64,000 nt of DNA, from assembly GCA_963776245.1 (NCBI GenBank), contig CAVZLN010000003.1:128001-192000 (forward strand). Direction: 5' to 3'. Shown in pieces: positions 8,993 through 18,055 of the stretch; the first letter of the stretch is position 1; each line of letters opens with the position of its first letter. The notes beneath the pieces were generated by a model that saw only the letters and a program-made list of their open reading frames with translations, made no database searches and was not told the origin of the DNA. The stretch is from Candidatus Eiseniibacteriota bacterium. GTDB taxonomy: Bacteria > Eisenbacteria > RBG-16-71-46. Both the position numbers and the translations under genes were made by a program.

Positions 8993-9664
8993 CTAGGTTG
9001 GGCGCGGGATAATGCGGGGAGGACGCCCCAAGAAGCAGTCGTCGAACCACGACACCCTGAGCGGAATGTGCGTGTTCACAGTCGCCGCCAACTTCGCACA
9101 CGGGGCTGGAGTCGCGGAAAACACCTTCTTTCCATGACTGCGTACGGCCTCGACGGCTGGTGTGTAGTCTCCGTCAGCGGAGAGCAGGTATGCGGCATCG
9201 AATCCGTCGCCGATCGCCAGTTGAACCATATCCACGGCGACCTGCACATCGACCGCCTTTTCGACGAAGATGCGTGCTTTGTCGTGGGTCTTTCCCAGAG
9301 AGACCAAGTCTGAGTACACGCGCTGATCGATGCGGATCTTGAGTCCGGCCAGATACCTCAGGAGTTGCTTGGCAGCTTCGCTCTTGGCTTCGCGGGGCTC
9401 AAGCCGGCCGGTCTGAATGACGGTGATTCTCGGGTCTTGATCCTGAAGCTGCTTGAGGAATTCGCGCTGTTCCGCGAGAAGCACTGGATCCCCGATCGGT
9501 CCCACGTCCGGGATGTAATAGCGCGCTTGGAGCCAGGTCCGCCCCGGCCCCGCGAGCTTGTCGAAGACCCGCGGATACCGCAGCCGCTGAAGATCGGAGA
9601 ATCCAACGTTCTTCAGCGAGTGGTACCAGTTGTTCCCGTCGATGAAGAAGATGGCACGATCCAT
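8993..9664 (-). CDS. NYN domain (LabA/DUF88, PIN-fold) putative ribonuclease
   Basis: [42 protein letters not shown]; visibly lower GC than neighbours. Confidence 0.9.
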   Translation of the reverse strand: MDRAIFFIDGNNWYHSLKNVGFSDLQRLRYPRVFDKLAGPGRTWLQARYYIPDVGPIGDPVLLAEQREFLKQLQDQDPRITVIQTGRLEPREAKSEAAKQLLRYLAGLKIRIDQRVYSDLVSLGKTHDKARIFVEKAVDVQVAVDMVQLAIGDGFDAAYLLSADGDYTPAVEAVRSHGKKVFSATPAPCAKLAATVNTHIPLRVSWFDDCFLGRPPRIIPRPT

Positions 9665-9688
9665 GGGCCGTCACGCGGGCCGGTGAAT

Positions 9689-9760
9689 GGAAAACCCCGG
9701 CATGAGGCCGAAGCCTCATCCCGGGGGGATAAAGACTAGGCTCCCGTAAGAACCTAGTGC
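9689..9760 (-). ncRNA. Candidate ~70-nt structured small RNA or attenuating leader upstream of the NYN gene
   Basis: Hairpin 9735-9758 ACUAGGUUCU-UACG-GGAGCCUAGU; hairpin 9695-9726 CCCCGG-G-AUGAGGC-UUCG-GCCUCAU-G-CCGGGG followed by UUUU; lies between the promoter and the ATG. Confidence 0.6.
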
Positions 9761-9764
9761 GGAA

Positions 9765-9793
9765 AGTATCGGCAGGTCTGCTGCATGAGTCAA
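9765..9793 (-). promoter_or_regulatory. sigma70-like promoter for the sRNA-NYN unit
   Basis: TTGACT-N17-GATACT. Confidence 0.65.
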
Positions 9794-9869
9794 GACGGTA
9801 CCTGCCGCCCTGAGGAGGGCCACGGCCTATCGTCTTGCCAGCCCAGTACCTGCCCGGCGGAGCGCGGGT

Positions 9870-9899
9870 TTGACGCCCACCCGCGCCCGCGGATAGACT
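9870..9899 (+). promoter_or_regulatory. sigma70-like promoter of the tRNA cluster
   Basis: TTGACG-N18-TAGACT, about 30 nt before tRNA-Pro. Confidence 0.6.
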
Positions 9900-9928
9900 C
9901 CGTCCCGCTTGCCGACTTGTGGGAATCG

Positions 9929-10002
9929 CGGGGCGTGGCGCAGCCCGGTAGCGCACCTGCTTTGGGAGCAGGATGTCGGAGGTTCGAATCCTCTCGCCCC
10001 GA
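9929..10002 (+). tRNA. tRNA-Pro (TGG), CCA not encoded
   Basis: Acceptor CGGGGCG/CGCCCCG; anticodon arm CCTGC-TT-TGG-GA-GCAGG; GGTTCGAATCC. Confidence 0.96.
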
Positions 10003-10046
10003 CTTTATGGGCCGGCGCCCTCGCGGGCCATCCGGCCGTGAACTCC

Positions 10047-10123
10047 GCGCCTGTAGCTCAGATGGATAGAGCAACGGATTTCTAATCCGTGGGTCGGGGG
10101 TTCGATTCCCTCCAGGCGCGCCA
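10047..10123 (+). tRNA. tRNA-Arg (TCT)
   Basis: GCGCCTG/CAGGCGC; ACGGA-TT-TCT-AA-TCCGT; CCA end. Confidence 0.96.
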
Positions 10124-10150
10124 GTCGTGGATGGTGCACACCCTTGTGGC

Positions 10151-10228
10151 GGTGGATGTAGCTCAGTTTGGTAGAGCACCGGACTGTGGCTCCGGCTGTC
10201 GCGGGTTCAAATCCCGTCATCCACCCCA
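10151..10228 (+). tRNA. tRNA-His (GTG)
   Basis: G-1 plus GTGGATG/CATCCAC, C discriminator, CCA; CCGGA-CT-GTG-GC-TCCGG. Confidence 0.96.
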
Positions 10229-10261
10229 TTCTCCCGCCCCGCCCGGGCGCGCCGCGCACCC

Positions 10262-10912
10262 TCAGCGCGCACCGAGGCGGCCGATCAGCGCGTGCACCGC
10301 GCGCGCGCGGTGCGAGAGGGCGTTCTTCTCCGCGGGCGGCATCTCGGCCAGCGTGCGCCCGCTGCCCGCGACCTCGAACACCGGGTCGTAGCCGAAGCCC
10401 CCGGCGCCGCGCGGGGCCCCGGTGATGGCGCCTTCGAGCACGCCCTCGCACGTCAGCTCACGGCCGTCCGGGAAGCACACCGCGCACGCGGTCCGGAAGC
10501 GCGCCGTGCGCTGGGCCGGCGCGACGCCCTCGAGCACCTCGAGCAGCCGCCTCACGTTGTCCCGGTAGGAGGCGTCGGGCCCCGCGAAGCGCGCGGTGTA
10601 CACGCCCGGGCGCCCGCCGAGGGCGTCCACCTCGAGCCCGGTGTCGTCGGCGATCGCGGCCAGTCCGGTGTGCTTCAGCGCCGCGCGCGCCTTGGCCAGA
10701 GCGTTCTCCTCCAGCGTCCGGCCGACCTCCGCCGCCGCGCTCGAGCCGGGGAAGTCGCGCAGGCAGGTGAAGCTCGCCCATTCGAGGTCGAGGAGCTCCA
10801 CCAGCTCGCGGGCCTTGTCGGGATTGAACGTGGCGATGACGAAGCGCACCGGGGCCCCGGTGGGGCGCGCCGCGGGGGCCGCGGCCGGACCGGCGTCGCG
10901 TCCGCGCGTCAC
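10262..10912 (-). CDS. rdgB: Non-canonical purine NTP pyrophosphatase RdgB/HAM1
   Basis: ATFNPDK, ENALAKA, ADDTGLEVDALGGRPGVYTARFAG, GFGYDPVF, KNALSHR; alternative start at 10849. Confidence 0.95.
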   Translation of the reverse strand: MTRGRDAGPAAAPAARPTGAPVRFVIATFNPDKARELVELLDLEWASFTCLRDFPGSSAAAEVGRTLEENALAKARAALKHTGLAAIADDTGLEVDALGGRPGVYTARFAGPDASYRDNVRRLLEVLEGVAPAQRTARFRTACAVCFPDGRELTCEGVLEGAITGAPRGAGGFGYDPVFEVAGSGRTLAEMPPAEKNALSHRARAVHALIGRLGAR

Positions 10913-13290
10913 GAAGCGCGCTCGCTCGCGCGGGCGTCGAGCCGCTCGCGCACCAGCCGCGCCAGCGCGTCGGCGCTGAAGGGCTTCTCCAGGAACGTGA
11001 CGCCCGGGAGCGTGCCGAGGCGCCGCGCCACCGCCTCGTCGGCATGGCCCGAGATCCACACCACCGGCAGGTCCGGCATGCGCGCCCGCACCCGCTCGGT
11101 CAGCTCGAGGCCGCTGCGGCCCGGCATGACCACATCGGTGATGAGCAGCGCGGGCGGCGTTCCCTCGCGATCGAGGCCGGCGAGCGCCTCGTCCGCGGAC
11201 GCGGCGGAGCACACGCGGTAGCCGAGCGCTTCGAGCGCCCGCACCATCAGCTGCCGCACCACCTCCTCGTCCTCCACCACCAGCAGGGTCTCGCTGCCGC
11301 CCACCACGGGGAGCGGAACGCGTTCCGCGGGCGCGGCAGCGGCGGCCGCCGCGGCCCCGGGCGCCGCCGCGGGCGCGGGCGGGAACCACAGCGTGAACAC
11401 CGCGCCCTTCCCGGCCGCGCTCTCCACATGGATGTTCCCGCCGCAGCGCGCCATCGTGGCGTACGCCAGCGCGAGCCCGAGCCCGAGCCCCATGCCGCGG
11501 TCCTTGGTGGTGAAGAAGGGCTCGAACGCCCGCGCCCGCACCGCTTCCGACATCCCCACGCCGGTGTCGCTCACGCGCACCCGGAGGTACGGTCCGGGCT
11601 CGAGGTTCACGGGCCGCGCGGCGGAGTCCTCCGCGAGCACCACGGTCGCGGTCTCGATCGTGAGCGTGCCGCGCCGGGACATCGCGTCGCGCGCGTTCAT
11701 GGCCAGATTGGTGATCAGTTGCTCGAGCCCGGCACGGTCGCCGCGCACCCACGCCTCGGGGGCCTCGCGCCGCTGCACCACCACGACCGCCTCGCCGAGC
11801 GCCGCGCGCAGCATTGGCAGCACCTCGTCGAGCACGGCATGCAGATCGACCGAGGTCATCTCGATGGGCTGCTTGCGGCCGAAGGCGAGCAGCACGCGCG
11901 TCAGGTCCGCGGCGCGCCGGCCCGCGGCCTGGATCTCCGTCGCGCTCTCGTGGCCCGCGGCCCCCGGGGGCAGGGCGTCCACCAGCAACTGGGAGTGGCC
12001 GAGGATGGCGGTGAGCAGGTTGTTGAAGTCGTGCGCCACGCCACCCGCCACCCGCCCGGCGACGTCCATCTTCTGCGCGTGGGCCAGCTCCTCCTCCTGC
12101 GCCCGCAGGCGCTCCTGGGCGCGGCGACGCTCGGTGATGTCCCGGAATGAGAGCACCCGGCCCACCGGGCGGCCGTCGATGCGCTGCGGCACCGAGTGGC
12201 ACTCCAGTTCGCGGTCGTCGCGGAGCCGGATGAGGCCGAAGTGCTCGGCGTCGGGGCGCAGCGCCATCCCGAGCGAGTCCTCGACGAACGCCTGCGGGTC
12301 GTGGACCTGGGCGCTCAGGACCTGGCGCAGCTGGTCGATCCCGGCGTTCGCGAGCCGCTCGGGGTCGAGCCCCCAGATCTCGGTCATGCGGCGGTTGAAG
12401 GCCGTGACGCGCCCGGTCTCGTCCACCACCAGGATGCCGGCGGGGGTGGCTTCGAGCGTGGCCTCGAGGCGGGCCACGGTGCGCCGCAGCTCCTCCTCGC
12501 CCTCGCGGCGCGCGGTGATGTCCTCGGTGATGCCGGCGATCCGCGCCCACCTGCCCTCCGGCCCCGGCACCGGGAAGCCTCGGGTGCGCACCCAGCGCAT
12601 CGAGCCATCGGGATGGAGGATGCGGTACTCGCACTCGGTGCCCTCGGCGGCCTCGGGCCGGCCGGCGATCTGCCGCACGCGTTCGCGGTCATCGGGGTGG
12701 ACGCTGTCGAAGTACACGCCGATGTCGGCGTAGAGGCTCTGCCGCGTGATGCCGAACAGCGGCTCGAACGCCGGGCTGGCGTAGAGCATCCGCGGTCCGC
12801 GCGTCTCGTACATCCAGAACACCTCCTGGATGTTCTCGGTGATCTGGCGGAAGCGCTGCTCGGACTCGGCGAGGCGGGCCTCGTAACGCGCGCGCGCGGT
12901 GACATCGGTGGCCACCCCGACCAATCCCGCGAGCTCCCCCCCGGGATCGCGCACCGCCTCGTAGCGGGTCTCGAACACCCGTCCCGAGACCTCGACGGTG
13001 GCGCTGAAGCTCTCGCCGCCGAGCGCGCGCCGCACGTGGCGGAGGATCTCCGGGACCTCGCGGTAGACCTCGGCCACCGGCCGGCCCACCACCTCCCCGG
13101 GCTTCAGCCCGAGCACCGCGAGCCCGCGTCCCTCGGAGAGCGTGAAGACCTCGTCGCGGCCGATCGCGAACAGCACGACCGGCACGTGGTCGAGCACCGT
13201 GCGCAGGTGGAGCGCGGCGTCGTCGGACAGGCGAGCGGCCTCGTCGACCGGCGCCGGCGCGCCCGACCCTCCGCGGCTCCGCTTGCTCAC
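10909..13290 (-). CDS. Cytoplasmic multi-PAS hybrid sensor histidine kinase with C-terminal receiver domain
   Basis: Three PAS/PAC-like segments, H-box VAHDFNNLL, NLAMNARDAM, DTGVGM, FEPFFTTK, receiver VVEDE...ITDVVMPG...EKPF. Confidence 0.92.
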   Translation of the reverse strand: MSKRSRGGSGAPAPVDEAARLSDDAALHLRTVLDHVPVVLFAIGRDEVFTLSEGRGLAVLGLKPGEVVGRPVAEVYREVPEILRHVRRALGGESFSATVEVSGRVFETRYEAVRDPGGELAGLVGVATDVTARARYEARLAESEQRFRQITENIQEVFWMYETRGPRMLYASPAFEPLFGITRQSLYADIGVYFDSVHPDDRERVRQIAGRPEAAEGTECEYRILHPDGSMRWVRTRGFPVPGPEGRWARIAGITEDITARREGEEELRRTVARLEATLEATPAGILVVDETGRVTAFNRRMTEIWGLDPERLANAGIDQLRQVLSAQVHDPQAFVEDSLGMALRPDAEHFGLIRLRDDRELECHSVPQRIDGRPVGRVLSFRDITERRRAQERLRAQEEELAHAQKMDVAGRVAGGVAHDFNNLLTAILGHSQLLVDALPPGAAGHESATEIQAAGRRAADLTRVLLAFGRKQPIEMTSVDLHAVLDEVLPMLRAALGEAVVVVQRREAPEAWVRGDRAGLEQLITNLAMNARDAMSRRGTLTIETATVVLAEDSAARPVNLEPGPYLRVRVSDTGVGMSEAVRARAFEPFFTTKDRGMGLGLGLALAYATMARCGGNIHVESAAGKGAVFTLWFPPAPAAAPGAAAAAAAAPAERVPLPVVGGSETLLVVEDEEVVRQLMVRALEALGYRVCSAASADEALAGLDREGTPPALLITDVVMPGRSGLELTERVRARMPDLPVVWISGHADEAVARRLGTLPGVTFLEKPFSADALARLVRERLDARASERAS

Positions 13291-13589
13291 GGGCGCTCCG
13301 CCGCGCGCGCGCGGCGGACGATCGGGTGGAGCGCGCCCGCGACCGACGCGCGGGGCGTCGTGCCAGAACACGGGATCGAGGAGCGATGGTCCATGACGTC
13401 CTTCCGGGGAGGGACAGAGACGGCGGACACGCGCGCGATTGTGGCGCGTGGGCGGTCGCGCCGCAAGCCGGGCCGGGGCCCCTGCCCGTCGGCAACGCGG
13501 TCGGGGCGGGCGGGGCCCGAAGGGGTGCGTGTGGGTATTAGCACCCCGTAGGGCCTCGCCCGCCCCGACCGCGTTGCCGCGACGAGGCG

Positions 13590-14378
13590 TCAGCCCGCCA
13601 GCAGGCCCGAGCTTCCCAGCAGCCGGTGCTGCGCGGCGGTGATGCGGCGCACGCCGGCGCGCGCCAGCGCCAGCATCACGCGCAGGTCCGCGGCGCCGAA
13701 GTCGCTGCTCTCGCCGCTGCCCTGGAGCTCCACGAAGCGCCCGGCGCCGGTCATCACCACGTTCATGTCCACCTGGGCCTTCGAGTCCTCGGCGTAGCAC
13801 AGGTCGAGGCACGGCGTGCCCGCCACCAGTCCCACCGAGACCGCCGCCACCGTGCTGCGAAGCGGCGGACGCGCCAGCGCGCTGCGGTTCGAGAGCGTCA
13901 CGAAGGCGTCGTGGAGCGCCACCAGCGCTCCGTTGATGGCCGCGGTGCGGGTGCCGCCGTCGGCCTCGATCACGTCGCAGTCGAGGATGATCTGGCGCTC
14001 GCCGAACGCCCCGAGGTCGGTGATCGCGCGCAGCGAACGCCCGATCAGGCGCTGGATCTCCTGCGCGCGGCCGCCGGTCTGCGCGGTGCGCGAGGTGCGC
14101 TCGCCGGTGGCGCGCGGGAGCATGGCGTACTCCGCGGTCACCCAGCCGCCGCCGCGATGGCGCAGCCAGTTGGGCACCCGGTCCTCCACCGTCGCGGTGC
14201 ACAGCACGCGCGTGCGTCCCAGGCTCACCATCGCCGAGCCTTCGGCGTGCGGGATGACGCCGCGCTCGACCTTGAACGCGCGCATCTGGCGCGGCGTGCG
14301 TCCGTCCGGGCGCTGGAAGACGGCGGCGGGGGCCGGAGCGGCGTCGCGCTCGCGGATGGCCTTGGGGCTTCGGGTCAC
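13590..14378 (-). CDS. rph: Ribonuclease PH
   Basis: RPDGR, AEGSA, GWVTAEYAMLPRAT, EIQRLIGRSLRA, DCDVIEADGGTRTAAING, DMNVVMT. Confidence 0.96.
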   Translation of the reverse strand: MTRSPKAIRERDAAPAPAAVFQRPDGRTPRQMRAFKVERGVIPHAEGSAMVSLGRTRVLCTATVEDRVPNWLRHRGGGWVTAEYAMLPRATGERTSRTAQTGGRAQEIQRLIGRSLRAITDLGAFGERQIILDCDVIEADGGTRTAAINGALVALHDAFVTLSNRSALARPPLRSTVAAVSVGLVAGTPCLDLCYAEDSKAQVDMNVVMTGAGRFVELQGSGESSDFGAADLRVMLALARAGVRRITAAQHRLLGSSGLLAG

Positions 14379-14398
14379 GTCGTCTCCGCGGGCGGGGG

Positions 14399-15244
14399 TC
14401 AGGCGAGTGGCGGGCGCTCGAACCACGGCAGATCGGTCTGATCGATCACGGTGACCGCCGGCAGTTCGTGGCCGAGGAAGGTCTGGGCGATGCGCGAGAA
14501 CGAGCGGCGGCGCGGCTCGTCGCTCAGGTAGACATGGTGCACGGGCGGGCCCGCGGCCAGCTGGCCGCGGGCGGCGAGCAGGGCGGCGGTGGCGCGCGCG
14601 GCCTCGGCGCCCGAGTCGATCAGGCGCACCCCGGGGCCCATCAGGTCGCGCAGCAGGGGCGCGATGAGCGGGTAGTGGGTGCAGCCCAGGATGAGGCTCT
14701 CGAGATCGGCCTGGCGCAGCTCGGTGAGGTACTCCTCGGCCACCTGGCGCGTCACCGCGTGATCGAGCCAGCCCTCCTCGACCAGCGGCACGAACAGCGG
14801 ACAGGCGCGCTGGATGATGCTGGCGCCCGGCAAGCGCGCCTCGACCAGGTGCGAGTACGCGCTGCTCCCCACGGTGGCGAGCGTGCCGATGACGCCGATG
14901 CGTCCGTGCGGGCTGGCCGCGAGCGCGGCGCGCACCGCCGGCTCGATCACCCCCACCACCGGGATCTCGAAGCGGCGCTGGAGCGCGTCGAGCGCGTGCG
15001 CCGAGGCCGAATTGCACGCCACCACCAGGCACTTGATGTTCTGGCGCACCAGGAAGGTGGCGATCTCGAGACTGAAGCGCGTCACCGTCTCCTTCGACTT
15101 GTTGCCGTACGGCACCCGCGCGGTGTCGCCGAAGTACACGATGGATTCGCCGGGCAGCGCGCGATAGAGCTCGCGCACCGCGGTCAGGCCGCCGATGCCG
15201 GAGTCGAACACCCCGATGGGCCGGGGATCGTGGGTCGCGGGCAT
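14399..15244 (-). CDS. murI: Glutamate racemase
   Basis: IGVFDSGIGGLT, DTARVPYG, VACNSAS, LGCTHYP. Confidence 0.97.
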   Translation of the reverse strand: MPATHDPRPIGVFDSGIGGLTAVRELYRALPGESIVYFGDTARVPYGNKSKETVTRFSLEIATFLVRQNIKCLVVACNSASAHALDALQRRFEIPVVGVIEPAVRAALAASPHGRIGVIGTLATVGSSAYSHLVEARLPGASIIQRACPLFVPLVEEGWLDHAVTRQVAEEYLTELRQADLESLILGCTHYPLIAPLLRDLMGPGVRLIDSGAEAARATAALLAARGQLAAGPPVHHVYLSDEPRRRSFSRIAQTFLGHELPAVTVIDQTDLPWFERPPLA

Positions 15245-15246
15245 GG

Positions 15247-15786
15247 TCAGGGCAGCTCGCCGACGTCGATCGGCTGGTCGAGCGGCAGGTGGCCGCCGAG
15301 CGTGGTGAGCGGCGCGCCGCCGCAGACGATGAGCACCTGCTTCACCTCCGGTTCGTTGGCCCCCAGCGTGCGCACCAGCGACGCGACGGCCAGGTACTCG
15401 GCCGCCGAGCCGCCATGGAAGTCCTGCAGGAACGCACGCGACAGGTCGAGCGTGAGCAGCCCGTCGTCACCGAGATACGCGTGCAGCACCCCGGTGCCCG
15501 CCGGCAACGCCGCCACCCCGCCACCCCGCGGCCCGAGATCGAGCTCGGCCACCAGCTCCGCGATCCGTTCGTGGAGCGTGGCGCGCTCGGGCAGATCGCG
15601 GGTCTCGGACACCAGGCTGTCGCCGCTCGCGGCCGCGAAGTACAGCCGCGCCGCGCGGAATCCGGTGGACGTGGTGTCGGCGGACGGGGACGCGCCGCGT
15701 TCGTCGGCCGGCGCGCCGTGCCACACGCGCGACGCCACGAACCCTAGCACGGCCAGGATGAGCGCCACAAAGAATCCGCGTCGCAT
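15247..15786 (-). CDS. GerMN domain membrane-anchored protein
   Basis: N-terminal TM; LYFA...LVSETR, GP....LPAGT, LDLSRAF...GGSAAEYLAVASLVRTL; amidase-GerMN-murI context. Confidence 0.85.
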   Translation of the reverse strand: MRRGFFVALILAVLGFVASRVWHGAPADERGASPSADTTSTGFRAARLYFAAASGDSLVSETRDLPERATLHERIAELVAELDLGPRGGGVAALPAGTGVLHAYLGDDGLLTLDLSRAFLQDFHGGSAAEYLAVASLVRTLGANEPEVKQVLIVCGGAPLTTLGGHLPLDQPIDVGELP

Positions 15787-15794
15787 CGGCCCCC

Positions 15795-17276
15795 TCACTC
15801 GTTGCGCTGCCACGCCGCCACGCCCTCGGCGATGGCGGTCGCCAGCGATGCGATGCCGGCGGGCGCGGCGAGACGCGCGCGATCGGCCTCGGAGGTGAGC
15901 GTGGCACACTCGAGCGCGATGCCCGGGGCGTTCACCCCCAGCAGGTGGAGCGGCAGGATCTCGCGCAGGCGCACCGGCCCCCAGCCGCGCCCCGCGAGCG
16001 ACTCGAGCACGGCATCGGCGAGCGCCCGGCTGTCGACCGCGTGGCGCAGCGCCACGTCGCGCCACGGGACCACCTCGAGCACCGCGAAGCCGGCGGCCCC
16101 GGCGCCCGCCCGCTGGGGTGCCAGGGTGGCGGGCGGACAGTAGGCGGTGGCGCCGCGCCCCGCCGGCGCCGGGTTGCCGTCCATGTGCAGCACCAGCACC
16201 AGGTCGGAGTGCGCACGGTTGGCGGCCTCGGCGCGCGCCTCGGTGGAGATGGCGCGGTCGTCGGTGCGGGTCAGCAGCACGCGCGCGCCGAGGCGGCGCT
16301 CGAGCTCCGGCCGCAGGGCCAGCGCGAGCGCCAGGGTGAGGTCCTTCTCGGCCAGACCGCCGGCCTGCACGCCGCTCTCGGCGCCGCCGTGCGCGGGATC
16401 GAGCATCACCACGCGCACCGCGCGCGGGCCCGCCGGTCCCTCGGCCGCGAACGACTCGAGCCCGGCCAGCGGCACGCGCGCGAATTCGAGCGTGAGGCGG
16501 CGGGCCACCGAGTCCGCGATCACGCGGAAGCCCGAGGTGCCGGGCCGCAGCCGGAACTCGAACAGCGTGCCGGTGGCGCTCGTTCCGGGCGTCACCCGGG
16601 TCACCAGCGCCGCGGGCGGCAGCGGCTCGGTGAGCACGCCGACGAAGGAGCCCGGCAGCCGCACGCGGAAGCGCGCGCGCGCCCGGCCGGTCACCTGGAC
16701 CCGCGCGGGATGCTCGCACGCGATGGTCACACGGGTGATCTCGCCCGCGGCGGTCACGCGCGGCGCGCCGACCAGTCCGTCGGGGGGCACCACCACGACC
16801 AGCGCGCGGCCCGGCTCGACCACCAGCCGCGCCAGCGCGCCGTCGCGCGGGAGCGCGTCGATCAGTTCCGCCGGCACGAACAGCTCCCCCCCGAGCACGC
16901 GCGCCGGCGCACGCAGCCGGACGGTGTGGTCGTCCACCAGCACGAACGGATTGTCGACCGTCAGGACGATGCGATGCGCGCCCGCGCGCAGCACCAGCCG
17001 GCGGACGTCGGAGCGCCAGAAGCGCGTGGCCGACAGCAGGCGCGCGAGATCGCCGGCGCCGAGATACGAGCCGCCCTCGATGGTGCGCAGCGGGGCGCTC
17101 TCGGGCGGCGCGGCCGACTCCATGCGCGCGGTCGCGCCGCGGTCCGCCGGACGCGCGGGCGGCGTCGCGGCCCGGGCGCCGAGCGCGGAGGCCACCAGCA
17201 GCGCGACCGACCACGCCAGCGCGCGGCGGGCGCGGCCGGCGCCGGCGGGCCGCCCGGCGATCGAGCGCGCGCTCAC
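15795..17276 (-). CDS. N-acetylmuramoyl-L-alanine amidase (Amidase_3)
   Basis: Signal peptide; LDPAHGG...EKDLTL, LTRTDD, ARAEAAN, LVLHMD, ALEC. Confidence 0.85.
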   Translation of the reverse strand: MSARSIAGRPAGAGRARRALAWSVALLVASALGARAATPPARPADRGATARMESAAPPESAPLRTIEGGSYLGAGDLARLLSATRFWRSDVRRLVLRAGAHRIVLTVDNPFVLVDDHTVRLRAPARVLGGELFVPAELIDALPRDGALARLVVEPGRALVVVVPPDGLVGAPRVTAAGEITRVTIACEHPARVQVTGRARARFRVRLPGSFVGVLTEPLPPAALVTRVTPGTSATGTLFEFRLRPGTSGFRVIADSVARRLTLEFARVPLAGLESFAAEGPAGPRAVRVVMLDPAHGGAESGVQAGGLAEKDLTLALALALRPELERRLGARVLLTRTDDRAISTEARAEAANRAHSDLVLVLHMDGNPAPAGRGATAYCPPATLAPQRAGAGAAGFAVLEVVPWRDVALRHAVDSRALADAVLESLAGRGWGPVRLREILPLHLLGVNAPGIALECATLTSEADRARLAAPAGIASLATAIAEGVAAWQRNE

Positions 17277-17752
17277 CGGTCGCGCCCGGTCGCGCGGCGG
17301 GCGCGGTCCATCTCGCGGCGGGCGTCCTTCTCGGCCAGGGCGTGGCGCTTGTCGTGGGTCTTCTTGCCCTTGGCCACGCCGATGAGGAGCTTGGCGCGCC
17401 CGCCCGAGAAGTAGAGCCGCAGCGGGATGATGGTCTGCCCCTTCTGCTCGATCGCCTTGGCCATCTTCACGATCTCGGCCTGGTGCAGGAGGAGCTTGCG
17501 GCGGCGCACCGGGTCGAGATTCCAGCGGTTGCCCTGCTCGTAGGGCGGGATGTGCAACTGGAGCACGAACGCCTCGCCGTTCTCGATCGTGGCGTAGGCC
17601 TCCGCCAGGCTCGCCTTGCCCAGCCGCAAGCTCTTGACCTCGACGCCCTTGAGCACCAGCCCGGCCTCGACGGTCTCGAGGATGAAGTAGTCGTGGCTGG
17701 CGCGGCGGTTCTGGGCCACCACGCGCTCATCAGACCGGGTCGGAGCGGGCAT
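17273..17752 (-). CDS. smpB: SsrA-binding protein
   Basis: QNRRASHDYFILETVEAGLVLKGVEVKSLR, RKLLLH, KGKKTHDKR. Confidence 0.97.
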   Translation of the reverse strand: MPAPTRSDERVVAQNRRASHDYFILETVEAGLVLKGVEVKSLRLGKASLAEAYATIENGEAFVLQLHIPPYEQGNRWNLDPVRRRKLLLHQAEIVKMAKAIEQKGQTIIPLRLYFSGGRAKLLIGVAKGKKTHDKRHALAEKDARREMDRARRATGRDR

Positions 17753-17821
17753 GGGATAGGGGTGGCCTGGGCGGAGAGGGAGACCTGGAGGCCATCCGTG
17801 GCGCTCGGAGGTCGAAGTCAA

Positions 17822-17908
17822 TGGTGCGGAAGGGGGGATTTGAACCCCCACACCCTTTCGGGCGCTAGAACCTGAATCTAGTGCGTCTGCCAGTTCCGCC
17901 ACTTCCGC
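17822..17908 (-). tRNA. tRNA-Leu (CAG)
   Basis: GCGGAAG acceptor, CTAGA-TT-CAG-GT-TCTAG, long variable arm, ACCA end. Confidence 0.96.
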
Positions 17909-17925
17909 ACGGCGATGCGGGGGGG

Positions 17926-17953
17926 ATTATAGGCAGTCGTTCCGGGGCGTCAA
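17926..17953 (-). promoter_or_regulatory. sigma70-like promoter of tRNA-Leu (and probably smpB)
   Basis: TTGACG-N16-TATAAT. Confidence 0.7.
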
Positions 17954-18055
17954 ATCGGCGCTGCGAGGCGCCTGCGCGGGCGCGCCTCGCGCCACCCCGC
18001 GACGGGAGCGCGGGAGCGGCGGGGCCCGCACCCGGCGACCGCGCCGCGTGCCGCC

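Noticed and set aside
7906..10228. Prophage or integrative element at ssrA or the tRNAs
   Set aside because: No integrase and no duplicated tRNA/tmRNA 3' end found; flanks are core genes.
17753..17902. N-terminal extension of SmpB in the ORF track
   Set aside because: It runs through tRNA-Leu; the real start is likely the ATG at 17752.
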